64,000 nt of DNA from Hydrolagus affinis (taxonomy: Eukaryota): contig JAAILG010000358.1 in the NCBI GenBank assembly GCA_012026655.1, positions 1 through 64,000 of the forward strand. Direction: 5' to 3'. The first letter of the stretch is position 1. Each line of letters begins with the position of its first letter. Positions 12,530-24,890 of this stretch are shown piece by piece. The translations under genes and the position numbers were made by a program. The notes under the pieces were generated by a model. It was not told the DNA's origin. It searched no databases and saw only the letters and a list, made by a program, of their open reading frames with translations.

Positions 12530-13012
12530 AATTGTCCTGGCTAATACCTGGCTAATACCCCTCCCTCGTCCCAAATAAAAGTGGTCATTGACTGTTCCAT
12601 TATTTGTAGGACGTTGCTGTTCGTAAATTGGCTGCCTCATTCATCTACAAAACACACAAGCACTGCATTTTACAGTAAACCAGTGGCTTCCAAACTTTAA
12701 ATAGCGGCGCACCCCACCCCCCCCACCCCACCATCCACCACCACGCTAACTCAGCAAAGTTTTCATTGCGCCCCCCTCCTTCACACTCGGCTCCACAAAC
12801 TCGGCTCCTCGGCTCCACACACTTGGGTCATCGGCTCCACACGCACTTGGGGGCTCGAGGCTGTAAAGCTCCGCGCCCCCCCAGCCAACGGTACGCGGCT
12901 CCCAAGGGAGGCGCGCCCCAGTTTGGAAACCACTGCAGTAAACCCTGTGAAGTACTTTTGTGATATGCTGACATGAAAAGTGCTGCATCAAATGCAAAGA
13001 TTATTATTATTA
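12530..13012 (+). mobile_element. Deu-SINE 3' part interrupted by a MITE
   Basis: Deu core TTGCTGTTCGTAAATTGGCTGCC lies before 12680; the tail CTGTGAAGTACTT...ATCAAATGCAAAGATTATTATT resumes after 12943. Confidence 0.8.
12681..12935. mobile_element. hAT (Charlie-like) MITE, 255 bp, with 8-bp TSD
   Basis: TIRs CAGTGGCTTCCAAACT and AGTTTGGAAACCACTG (15/16 match); perfect TSD CAGTAAAC at 12673-12680 and 12936-12943. Confidence 0.92.
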
Positions 13013-13257
13013 GTCCTCTTTAAACACATTCTGAGATTTCCTCCTGACCAGAAAGGTGCAGTATTAATGCAAATTGTATTGCATTGTAAAAACTAATGGA
13101 ATCAATCAAAATTTTGGCCGTAATTTGGTTTGCACAAGCAATTTGCTTCATGCATTTCTAGAAACAAAATAAACGGAAAACCTGGGGTCTTATAAATTTT
13201 AAGAACAAAAGGAAAATTGGATTTCAGACAATACATTGTAAGTTAAACTGCAGTTTA

Positions 13258-13470
13258 ACAACAACAACTTGCACTTATGTAGAGCCCTCCAACTTGCACT
13301 TATGTAGAGCAGCATCTCAGAACGTTCAATAATGGAGGAGCCTGACTCCGAGCCAGGGGTGGGTGAAAAAGGAAGAATTTAGGGCGGGACTTGAAAAAAG
13401 TGATCGAGGGGGCAAGGCACAGAGAACGAGGGAGAGTGTTCCAAAGTGTCAGGGTGCTGTGGCAGGGAAT
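13258..13470 (-). mobile_element. L2 LINE 3' fragment
   Basis: (AAC)n tail on +, then L2 3' region; includes a 21-bp near-tandem duplication CAACTTGCACTTATGTAGAGC. Confidence 0.7.
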
Positions 13471-13514
13471 AAACACACCACTTGTTTATGTTTCTATTAT
13501 AATTGTCGATAGTG

Positions 13515-13724
13515 GCCATCCCGAAGTCCTTCTGCCTTGCCCCCTCCCTGGCCTCTTTCAAGTCTCGCCTCAAGCCTCTCCTCTTCGATGGACCCATTGG
13601 CAATTCCTTGCTATCCCCCCACACCCCACCCTATCCTCAGCTTGGGTCTGAAGCAGTAACTGTCCAGTGCCTTGGGGCGTCCTCCTGACTTGAAAGGTGT
13701 TATACAAATGTAATTTTGTTGTTG
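13515..13724 (+). mobile_element. L2 LINE 3' fragment
   Basis: Encodes IPKSFCLAPSLASFKSRLKPLLF (L2 ORF2 C-terminus) and ends AAATGTAATTTTGTTGTTG. Confidence 0.85.
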
Positions 13725-14084
13725 AATCTCAGCAATGGAAATAAAATTGCTTTCAGGTGTTTGTAACTGAATATCAATTTATTGGTAACTGCAACAGTGA
13801 ACAATAAAATATTAGGAATTCTAGTACCAATCTAAACTTCAAAGGAATGAATAACCATAGCCTGTGGGCTGTTAAACACCTGGCATTGGATAACAGAGAC
13901 TTTGCATCAATCTTTTTATTCTTAAGAAACAAGATTTTTGGTCTTATATCGTACAGTATTCATTATCTTCCTTCCCCCTTCCGTGCAAGGGTTCCTCCTC
14001 GGTAGAGAGAAAATTGCAGCTCAGCCAATGGACATCCACAAAGATAACAATAGTACTTTAGGCAGCCCACCACAACAGACACAT

Positions 14085-14400
14085 AACAACAACAAAAAAT
14101 TATTTGTATAGCGCCTTTCACGTCGGGAGGATGTCCCAAGCCGCTGAGCAGTCAGTGTTCTGGACACAAGCTGGGATTGGGATCAGGGAGGATGGAGTGA
14201 AGTGGGGGGAAGGAGGGTGACCGATGGCATGGTCGAAGAGGAGAGTCTTGAGGTGAGACTTGGAGGCTAGGGAGGGAGCGAGGTGGAGGCATTGCGGGAT
14301 GGAATTCCAAAGTTTGGGGGCAGAATGGTTGAAGGCTCGCCCGCCAATGGTGGGGTGGGGGATGCCCATGAATGAATGGGAGGGACCCTCTGAGGCCTCT
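14085..14400 (-). mobile_element. L2 LINE 3' fragment
   Basis: Encodes TIGGRAFNHSAPKLWNSIP...LKTLLF; (GTT)n tail. Confidence 0.9.
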
Positions 14401-14489
14401 TTCCCTAACCTATAAAACAAAAGGATTTCCAGTACATTGCAATCTCCTGTAACTTGCCTAGGCTGGCACTATTACCACACTTGCTCTAC

Positions 14490-14810
14490 TCTCCAATTAT
14501 TCAGCATTGGTGGCAGTTCCCAACCACTCTCATGCTGTTGGGGTCAGTTTTGTTGTCCCCACTCTCAAACTCTATCCCACAGGTCCTTTGCCTCACACCT
14601 TCCCCCTCACGCCTTCCCTTGCCTCTTTTGAAGTCTGTTTCAAGACCTTCCTCTATGATCGTGCCTTTGGTCATCTTACCACCCCCACTCTGTTCACCAC
14701 CACGCCTCCCAAATTCCAACCCTGGCTCAGGTACAACGGCCTCGATTGTCCAACACTTGGTAATGTCCTCCCAACTGAACGTTGCTACATTCAAATACAA
14801 TTTGTGGTGT
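14490..14810 (+). mobile_element. L2 LINE 3' fragment, frameshifted
   Basis: SIGG and PSLASFEVCFKTFLYD peptide remnants plus an L2 tail. Confidence 0.75.
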
Positions 14811-15344
14811 AGTCTGCTCTTAGTAATCATCTGTCATTGTACTGTACAGTATTAAGCATTTCCTTTCACACATGGTGAACTTAATGGAGCAATTTACGGC
14901 ACTTCAAACATTTGCTTTGTGTTTGTCTTTGTGGTACTCCAGGTAAAAGGTTGTGACATACCAACTAGTCTGACTGCCGGGAAATGAGCTGAGATCTAAA
15001 AAGGTGAATGTTCTGAACTGTTCTTCACCTCTTCGACTCACAGACAAAAGTTATAAACAAAAGTTCAATGGTTCATGTTGATAACTATTTCTGGTGGTTT
15101 TAAACTTGTTTTATTGACCAGTCGGGTTGCCTTGAAGTCCAGTGCTTCATAAAACCTCTCTTTTTTTTTGCGTGTGACAAATGAAAGGAGGTCAGAAGAG
15201 TTCAGGAACACAGCGAGCAATGGCCTATGCTCTGTTGATGATTCATGAAATACGCGCAGAAACATGTGGACAACATACCTAAAATTAAAAAATAAGTCTT
15301 ACAGGTCCAAAGACCTTTAATAATGAATCTGTCTTTGTAGCAGA

Positions 15345-15430
15345 AGATTACAGCACAGAAACAAGCCATTCAGCCCACCTGCCATTATTCCCCACAAGAA
15401 CTAACTAGTCTATTCCCACTCTCCAAAGTC
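15345..15430 (-). mobile_element. CR1 3' end fragment
   Basis: TTACAGCACAGAAACAAGCCATTCAGCCCA is typical of shark CR1 3' ends; a related piece lies at about 15824-15920 (AGAATCATAGAAATTACAG). Confidence 0.55.
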
Positions 15431-16539
15431 TTTAATATTTTATATTGGCACCTTGGGACGTTCTCCCGCCATCAAAGGCACTATACAAATGTAATTTTGT
15501 ATTATATTAAATATAAATATTAAATTTAAAGTATCCTCTTTAACTGCGCCTTAAGTCACCCTCCTTATGCTACCTGCCCCTCCACCCCTCCTGATCCCAA
15601 CTACTAGCTTGGTTCCAAATCCCTAACTAAGGAGATTAGATCATCCTTTACCGAAAAATCTAAATAAATAATGGGAAGAACAGAAGTTGCTCAAAAAAGG
15701 ATATGTAGCAATGTCTGGGATGAGGAAGTAACTAAGCACCACCTGAGATTATTACTGTGTAATAAAGTGCTGATGTCAAGAAAGAAGAGAAGGTGAATTT
15801 TGAACCTCTTTAACCTCAACGACAGAATCATAGAAATTACAGAAGGAAGTTGTTTGGCTGGGGCTGTAGCCTACACTGGAATTACTTGCTCTAATCCCAA
15901 TTCCCTGCCCTTTTCCACCAAGGAGTTTGAAGAGACAGGAGTGGGCTGCAGCATATCACAGTACATGTAGTGACAAGTGTGCTGTAGCGTCAGGGGAGAA
16001 CAGCAGTGCAAGGCAACACCCAAATGGAAATACTATGTGCATTTCCACCAAGGGCATTTTGCCTGTCCTATTCATAGCACAAGAGGAATACAGTTGAACA
16101 CCTGCCCAAAACCAAATCCACCCCGATGACAAGCGAAACCGTTCCTTTTTAAAACAAGCACCAGCTCTGGCACTTACACTGCGGGAGATTGAGTTCGCAA
16201 CAGAACAATATCATCCCTTGTTTGATTTTTGGAACCCGCCCTATATTTTTTTTGCATTTTTCAAACATCTTGGGGTGGTGAGGGAGATAAAATAAACCGA
16301 ATACTCAAAATATAGCTGCTTCGTAACTTCCTTCCACTAAAACTCAAGGTGACCTTTAGATTTTTTTTGTAGTGAGTAGGGCATTCCCCAGTCACTGAGC
16401 CAAATGAGTCGTACCACAAACTGGGAACTTGGATTGCCTTGCAAATTATATCTGGGTCCCTAACCATTGTATACATGGAGCAATTATTTTCCTTTAGATA
16501 CCGAAAAAACCTTGCAAATCCACCTTAACGGAGCTTTGT

Positions 16540-17650
16540 GCTCCCTGAGCATGTAAACAGGCTTTTGACACATTTGGCTTCCTGGGAGGGGCTTCAATGT
16601 TAATCCTCGGGGATGACTCACATGAAAGAATCTCCCTCGCCCTGAGCTGCCACTGAGGTTTCTCTTCTAGATGGTTTTACCTCAGCCAAGGTGGAACATT
16701 CTTTCCCACAAGCTAACCTGAAACCACACAATAAAGAACAATGGTACCCTTGTGAGGATTAATTTGCACATTTGCATAATACATCTACCGAAAGGAAATG
16801 GGGTCAGCATTGTTTTCCAGAAAAACTCAACAATAAATAATGGCAGTGCAAGTGTAAACAGTGTTGACGTGCCCTTGGAAACACAAATAGCTGCTGAATG
16901 TAGAGACAAGAGCATTTAATTTCCTTTCTCTAACCAGATGTGTATAATGCGGATCATAAGCTTTAATTACTAGAGCACAGGTCACCCCCATCCGGTTGAC
17001 TAATTTGTCAGATAGTGATGATTCAGCAGATTTCAAGTCGGTCTGAACGAAGAAATTCTATTATAGAAATCTTTCTCTCGCTTTCCCCGCGCAAGTGGTT
17101 GTGAGCCAGAATGCGGACAATGAATTGGCCCACTTCTGACCTTGCCTTCAGTCATTCTAATTCTTTGCCTGTCATAGCTTGTAGCTTCACATCCTACTGC
17201 CTCCTGCTTCTCATGAAAGATTAATCGAGTGAGCCGTCTCACAGGTGGTCACATGATACGATTCGAAAGGCAGAGGATCCACATGAGCCACTAGAATGAC
17301 AAGCAGCAGTATGAAGGGCTTTGACTTTAATTACATATGCTGCAGGGGATAAAGGGAGAAGCCAATGCCCATCCCTGGCTGATAAAGCACTAAAGCTTGC
17401 ATGATGCAACTGGCAGCTCCTTTAAATCTGATGCTCTAATTGTGTCTGTAACGCCCCAAGCCAAGATGGCTCCCAGCCTTTGATGTAAACAAGTCTGAAA
17501 TAATGAAAGCGCCTGCATTCCTTTTTGTTGGCGTATCAAGGGAGTGACTCAAAAACATCTGAAGTCAAATTGCTGAACAAACCTTTGTAACATGGTAGGG
17601 CCCTGGTGTATTTCCCTTTTAAACAAACATGAATCAGTCTCATTGTTACC
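16540..17650. promoter_or_regulatory. Candidate distal enhancer (FOX/AP-1/TCF cluster)
   Basis: Three TGTAAACA, two TGACTCA, CCTTTGAT and AAGATGGC in sequence with no recognised repeats. Confidence 0.45.
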
Positions 17651-19019
17651 CTTGCAATGAAGTTTAAGCATTGATCAGGAAAGTGTTTTTAAAAAAACTG
17701 ATAAGCCAACTGAAAATACTAGTGCGAGTGATATCAGCGCTGCGATCTTTAATATAGATATGGAAGCTTTCTGCAAATTACAGCCAGAATTGCAACATTC
17801 TGTGCGCCCTTTACACATTTTAGCTGTCATTTATTTCTGTTCTTTTGAGATTTTTCAAATAAAAAATCCTTCTGGAATTTTTCTACAGTAATTTAAAACT
17901 GCGTTACTTCCTTGTGTGTCTTTGCTTTTCATGGTTACCATACACTGAGTTCATTGTTATGAAAGCTTTAACCTTTACCTTGTGGAAAAACCCTGTGACC
18001 CCACACGGTTATTGTGCATCATTACCACGCGATTACTTATTCCCAGTTTTAATTTTTGCATTTGATTTCCCAGCTTTGATGCATCTCCCATTCATTTTCA
18101 CAATTCAATTTCTTTCAGGTTCGTGTTCTCTCCCTCTCTCCCCCCACCCCACCACCCCAACCTTTTCTCTGTTATGTTGCGTTAATTACTGTTCCTTCTG
18201 ACCCCTCACATTTGTACCAGCCATTATGCATGCTTTGCAGATTGCAACTACAGCTCTGCAGATCTTGACGTCCCGGTGGTCAGCATATTGAACTCACGCT
18301 GCTTACACAGCAATACAGATTCAAGTTCCATCAATCACCACATTTTAAGAGTAAACATTAGTGAGGAGTTGAATCTGTAGCAGCTGAAGCTACATTTACT
18401 CCACACAGCATTACAAAGCCATTCTGTATTACTGCCTGTTAATTGGAAGGACTCCAAATGGTGCAGATTTTGCTCTGCACTCCGCAGGAACACCTCAAGA
18501 AGTTGGTATAGAAATTGGCTGGGAGGGGGAGCTGGCCCCTTCACTAGCCAAGATAAAGCAAACTAAGCATGCTAGGAAATTCATGAACCGAATGCTTCAG
18601 TTTTAGGCAGAAAAAAAAGAAGTCATGCACAATTGTACTTCACTACCTAAACATTCAATCTGTGAGCCGTACTGCAGCATTTTGGATAAAATAGATTAAT
18701 GGTCCCGGATTTCGAAGGTTCAACACGGTGCCAGCCAAGCAGGATTGCCACCCATTCCTTTCATTAATTTCAAGAAAAACAACTCAGGTTTTATGGAAAG
18801 GTTAAAGGAATATTTTGCAATTCCAAGAGGCACAATAAATTCTGCCCTTGCTGTACATACTCTTGAAGCGTTAACCATAACATTCTGTGTAAAAGCTGAA
18901 CTTATGTTTCTGTCTGTACTGTCTAGATATAATTTTGATTAAATCCTACAGTACTGTAATGGAGAACCCTACCCCCCAAACCACCACCAAAATAATTAAT
19001 ACATATCTGAACATACGAA

Positions 19020-19082
19020 GCTTTGGGACGTTCTCCCGACGTGAAAGGCGCTTTATAAATGTAATTTTGTTGTTGTTGTTTT
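19020..19082 (+). mobile_element. Short L2 3' tail insertion
   Basis: GCTTTGGGACGTTCTCCCGACGTGAAAGGCGCTTTATAAATGTAATTTTGTTGTTG. Similar 50-150 bp tails occur near 12384, 15448, 27421, 27600, 30564, 32781, 36140, 37030, 52220, 53700, 54400, 58261 and 58650. Confidence 0.85.
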
Positions 19083-21803
19083 ACAACCTTTACAGTAGAC
19101 TTTAGAGGATTTAATGCTGAGGTTGAATCTCAACCATGCCCCCCTCCCCCCCATTAGGATTTGTAACACGACGTGCAGTTCCAGTGTGGGTAGATGGGTG
19201 GGAATAGATGTAGCTCAAATTGGTCTAATTTTCCCACCTCTAATAATATGACTGGTTGACTGGCAGAAATGATAGTTTCTCAATAACACTCGCGATCGAG
19301 CAGAACCTTAGAAATGCAAAGGGTCGAAATAACTGATTAAATTGATTATTTGACAGTGGCTTAAAGGAATAACGCTTTAAAGAAATATGAGATTGTTCAG
19401 AAGAGTTATAGCCTACTCAAAAGGGGCAAAAGTGGTTTGATTTTAAATTATTAAAGTATATGTCAATCTAAAAAAATTTATGGCGTAAAACACATTTCAA
19501 AATATGTTAGGGGGAGTGTAATCTGTCAATCCGGGTATTGCGATTTATTAAGGCAGGACATTGTAGGTTTGTGAAAGGAAATTCAGCTCATTAAATTCAC
19601 CACTCTGGCTAAATTTAATTCAGTACCATGCCTGACTTCTATCCAGAAGTCGTTCCTTCAAGCCATTTCCTTGTTTTTCCATTTGGACTTTCCAATTGAG
19701 TTGGCTGATGGATATTTACTGAAGTGTGAAAACAAAGGTCATTGATGTGTGGCTGAATGTTCCAACAAGCCCCGCTTTGTTTAACGCTTTCAGTACCAGG
19801 ATGGCGTTTGGCTCAATTTCACATTTGGCGCTTGTTCCAGTTTAATTCAAGGAACCCTTCAAAAGCTTTGATTGTGTTGTAGTTTTGCCCTTGGTCGCTC
19901 AAATTATAATAATAATCACTACAGCATCACACTGTAGGCATCGGATGACAAAACCATTTTCTGAAAAAAACAGGAAGAGCTAACTAACACAAACACTCAC
20001 TTTGGTTTCTTGATACATTTTGGACTCTGATGATGTTCAGAATTCCAATGTGAATCTATGCTGGTAGAATTCTAACTGTTTATTGTATCGGAGAGTCACT
20101 GAGGAATTAGGCTTTCCTGGAACTGCCTAAAACTAAGTCTACTCTTTCACCTTAGAAGAATGTACTGGGAATAGCTGTCCTTGATAGTGCCAGAAGTATT
20201 ATAAAAGCCCCTCACTGCTTAAATGTCAGCAGTTTATTGACATTGTTCACTGTTTCCTTATTTCCCTGTATAATAAAATTATACTAAAACAATGAAACAA
20301 GTCATATAAAATGGCTACAGTTTATTTCTTGTTACCCCTAAATATCTTAGCAAGATGAAAGCGCATTTCTGTTATGAATTATGACTCACCATTTTATTGT
20401 TCTTTACAGCTTGCTTTCATTCTTCAAAAAAATGCAATTCACATCAGCATCCTACCTGCCAGAATTGTTATTGAATTAAAATCATAACGTAAATGGCATT
20501 TGACTAAACCAGGCGTTGTCTAACTTTTTGCTAGTGAACCTATCACATGAATATCCATGAAATGCTTCAAATACAATGCTACATGCTCAAAGCTTGTCAA
20601 ATAAATGTTGATTGAGTGTTCGCAAAGTTAAACCACTGCATGAATCATAAACACGGTCGAACAATAAAGTGAGAATTTAATAAACCAAAAAACGAATTAC
20701 TCAACTGACATTAAATGCAGAGAGACAGCCCCTCAAAAAGGTACAAGTAACAGTGCATTAAACCAGTCCACTTTTATGTTGACTTACTATATTTTATTCA
20801 AAGGAGACTCTCAGGTCTTGAAGCATGGGAAGGTTCAGTATTACACTGGAAAGTACTCTGAAACAGTCTTACATAATTTGATCAAAAACACTCTAAACCA
20901 GCAACGTGGCCCTGCAAAACACTCTTCCAGAATACACTACCTTAATTAGATAAGATACCTGAAAAACGTATTCAGATTAGGTTAACTTTGCTCAAAAAGC
21001 CAACCTAATTGGTGTAACAGGTATCTTTGAATTTGTTCCCTGAGGAGTTCAGGTGGTGGCTACACTGCTTTCAGGCAACTGGTTGTTTTTCTATAGAGTT
21101 GCTTTCAAACACTATTCCATAATTATCGCACAAGTGGTTTCCGATATCTGCACAACACCCACTTTAGGCTGTACTGTGTTTTCACAAAGCTCAGTTCCAT
21201 GGTCCTAACAGTAAAATTATCAGCTCAACCCTGTGGAAATATGAAACCAGGAATGCTCTAGGAAAAAAAAGCACTTGTGTTATAAAGGGAAATGTAGAAT
21301 GCTTAATATACTGTGGTAACCCTTCACCTTAACTGTTGCTTTCGACTGAATTATTAACATTATGTATCTTTTCTTCATGAAAAAATGTTGCATGAAGTCG
21401 CCAAATCATCAATGTTTTATAGATTATGGCACCACTGTGGCTTTAAAGCAACACTCTATAGTTTTCTCTAGACCACACTACAATAGTTTGTTTGCCTATT
21501 GCCTTCATTCTCCTAAACAATTTTGTAAATGTCACTGTTTTTGAGTTATGCAACAATAAACTTATTTCGAAGGAGAAGAATATGAAATTTGGTAGTCACA
21601 CTTCTCTTTTAGATTGAATTTGGAGGGGGCAGCAATCTTCTGCAATTGAAATGTATTGCTTTGAATGCTGTTCTCCTAAAAAAAAATTATCGCAGTCATT
21701 AGAACAGCCCAATATATTGAGCGAAGACAAATGGGACTCTATCTTATCTGTGTCGTGCTAAGGTCGAATTCTCTATGCATCATAGCTCAGGAACAGAACT
21801 ACA

Positions 21804-22099
21804 CAGTGGAGCTCCGTTATAAGAAGGCAGTTGGTGGTCTATAATATCTCAATCCACTTTATAACTGTTGCAATTGCTGGTCAGCACTTCTGCATTCATT
21901 CCACAGGCTGGCTTCATGCTCTAAAAAAAGACCACATTTAGAGTCATCAGGTCACCGCTGATATCACTTCCTGCAAAAAGCGATTTCAGCAATTACCTGA
22001 TGACCCGAAGGTTTGTCTTTTTTTTAAGCACACCAGAAGCTGGTCGCCTTATACGAGAGCCAGTATTACAAAGCATTACTTTATAATGTAGTTGTACTG
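21804..22099. mobile_element. Probable TcMar/Tigger-like palindromic MITE
   Basis: CAGT...ACTG termini with TA on the right, degenerate TIRs containing TTATAA, and a strong internal inverted repeat at 21923-22024. Confidence 0.55.
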
Positions 22100-23934
22100 T
22101 ATGTCCAATTGTTAATAAACATCAGTTACCAAATCCTGAGGGGTTGTAATGTTTTAGGGTTTCTTTTGACGTTCGAACTAACCTACCAAATGCCAACCAT
22201 ATTTGAGCAATGTACAAAGCTTGATTTGGGAGTCATTGTACCTTCAATGAAACACATGAAGTGTACCAAGAATGGAACGTATTTGGAAGAATCTCAATGT
22301 AAAACCTAACAAGCTTTCTATATTTGGAAGGACAGTGGAGCACATAGATCAAATTCCCTTTACAAATTTAATAAGGGTGCATCTTCTCATCCAAGTAACA
22401 TACATTTTTCCAGCAAAAAAAAACCTACCACTACTTGTGACTTAGTCTGAATGAGATTGTCATTCAGCTGTAACGTTTGACCTACAATGCTGTCTTGTCA
22501 GTACTCAATGACCCAAGCCGGTGTCTGAGAAACTCTTTATTTTTCTCCCAGTACTAACTGAAAAACTTCTACCTTGGGGCCATAAGTAGGGACGATTGAA
22601 ACAAGCCACTTGCAATACAGTTCAGCCCATTGATAGTGCAGTATCCATTCTGAAATGTGCAGCAAATTTTCAACCCGTATACTTCTGTTCAAAATAAGTT
22701 ATTTTTAATACATTTACAGGGGCTTATTGGTTTCTCTTAGACAAATTCAGTCATTCCATTTTCAAATTCTATATCTGTGACTGAAGTACACAAACAGAAA
22801 CACTATTGTTCAACTGCAGATTACGGTCATTCTTCAGTTGTCCTTTTATACAGCATTAGATAGATTGTGTGTTCTTATAGGTTATGTTCACTAATAGAAC
22901 ACAATCTTACATGCCATGAATCTCACTTTCTCTAATCAAGCGTGATTATGGTTTGTTAGCAAAATATTCAAACGTTACAAAAGCTCCAAGAGGGGAAGGA
23001 ATTATGGAAGCAAAAGAAAAAAAATAAGTGCTCTGATTGTTAATTCAAGTTTTTAAACGGGATATGGGGAGGGGGCAGTCTTTGCTTCTCGTGTTTATGT
23101 TTAAAGAGGTTAGAAAGCACTGCCTTAGCCCTGAGCAGAATATCTGCCAAAAAGAAATGTTTCGGATTGCATATTACCAGTCAAGAGGCCCCAGGCATTG
23201 AGAGATATTGCTGACATCATTGTCTGTAAATGGTTCTCTATAAAGCTCAGCTAATGCAAATGGAATGCAATAACCCTATCATCCAGACAGTGCACTGCGG
23301 CTTTCAATGGAGGCACAGACACACACACATACAAACACACCATCATCCACTTACACTAAAACACCAACCATTGTGTACCATTACCGGAATCGGTACCTTC
23401 TAAAACAATTAAAACCCCAGAATCCTGCAAATGCTACTTTCAGGAGCCTGATGGAAACAAACGCCCGTGTACGAGAAGCTAATTACCCAATGCCCTTGCT
23501 GACGCTGTTCTATCCTTGGATTCGTAAATGAATCAATTCTTTCTGAAAGACTGGTTGCCAGAAGCAACAATACGCTCAATGATACGGCAGTCAAATCTCC
23601 ATCGCCGGCTCTGTTTTGTGCATTTTAAAAACAGAACATTAAAGCCAGACACACACACACACACGTAGGCACATAAAAGAATTAGATGATTTAACATTTG
23701 GAGATTCTAAATTTGTAGACAGTGTACCAGTACATTATTGTATTCGCATGTGTTAGTGAGTACATTAGAGGCAGCCAAAATTAATCACAGATTTTAATTT
23801 TTTTGAATACTATAAGATGCCACACATAATTATACATAGAAACAAATGAAATACAGTACTAGGAATGTTGTAAATATTAAAGGAGTTTTTTCCAATGCTC
23901 TAGGCAACCATCCTCTGGATAAAACCAGTTGTTT

Positions 23935-24097
23935 CGCCTCTTGGCTGCTTGTGGGACATCGTTGTGTGCAAATTGACTGCAGCATTCATCTATAATACAC
24001 TGTCACAACACTTGCAGAAATCTTGTGAGGCTCCTCGAGATATTTCCAAGATGTGATAAGGATAAATCAAATGAAAGGATTATTACTATTACTATTA
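23935..24097 (+). mobile_element. Deu-SINE 3' half
   Basis: TGTGGGACATCGTTGTGTGCAAATTGACTGC core and ATCAAATGAAAGGATTATT tail. Confidence 0.8.
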
Positions 24098-24104
24098 TAA
24101 ATGC

Positions 24105-24190
24105 AGTGCAGGGTCACACTTGAAATGTTAACCCATCCTTCTCCTTTTCAGGTACTGACTGACCTGCTGTGCATATACCTCATTCCAATC
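24105..24190 (+). mobile_element. Penelope-type terminal repeat fragment
   Basis: GGGTCACACTTGAAATGTTAAC...TGACTGACCTGCTG is homologous to 59250-59335. Confidence 0.55.
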
Positions 24191-24530
24191 ACACCATTCA
24201 TTATCATGCCTTAGACATTTTCCTGAATCCACTCCGCCAGGAAATTGTTCCAAACTGAACACTAAGGATTAGCAGTAAGATATTTCAAGCATGCAGCTGA
24301 GAGCCTTAATTAACCATTGTGACCTACTTTGCCCTTTGAAAAATGTAAGCTGGTAGAATCTGCAAGATGCGGATCTTGTTCCTACGCATCAGGGTCTAAT
24401 TTTCTTCACGGGCTTCCTAATAAGAAATGTAAGCATTTAACAACATCTCTAAAATACCAAATGTGAATGCTAACAATTAAAAAATCTGACCCAGGCTTTG
24501 ACTCTCAGGAGGATGTGGGATCATAATACT

Positions 24531-24632
24531 GTAATACTAATAATCCTCACATTTGATATAGTGCCTTATTACGCCTTCGAAACGTCACAGAGCGCTTCAC
24601 AGAATACACTGGAAAGTGAATTGGCTGTCTAT
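24531..24632 (-). mobile_element. Family A SINE tail
   Basis: TAATCCTCACATTTGATATAGTGCC...AGTGAATTGGCTGT. Confidence 0.8.
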
Positions 24633-24654
24633 TTGACCATGGGGGGTGATTGCA

Positions 24655-24890
24655 TCCCAGCCCGATCCAACATGCAATCAGGTGCACCTCTAGTGGGGAT
24701 CATTGGATTATGAACAGGAGTGGGAATATTGGCTGATTTTTGTTTCCCTAACTCAGGGAACAAGGGTCGAGGCCAATTAAGGCCCGCAACTGCTGCCTTG
24801 GTTGAGATTAGCTAACAGCTAACAGACTGGAAGTGGGAAAATAATCAATCGAATCTGGGATGTCAGTTTTTGCCTGAGAGATCAGGGGAG
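24655..24890 (-). mobile_element. Family C SINE
   Basis: CAGGAGTGGGAATATTGGCTGATTTT...GAGGCCAATT...GAGATTAGCTAAC, ending in a B-box-like ATCGAATC. Confidence 0.6.
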
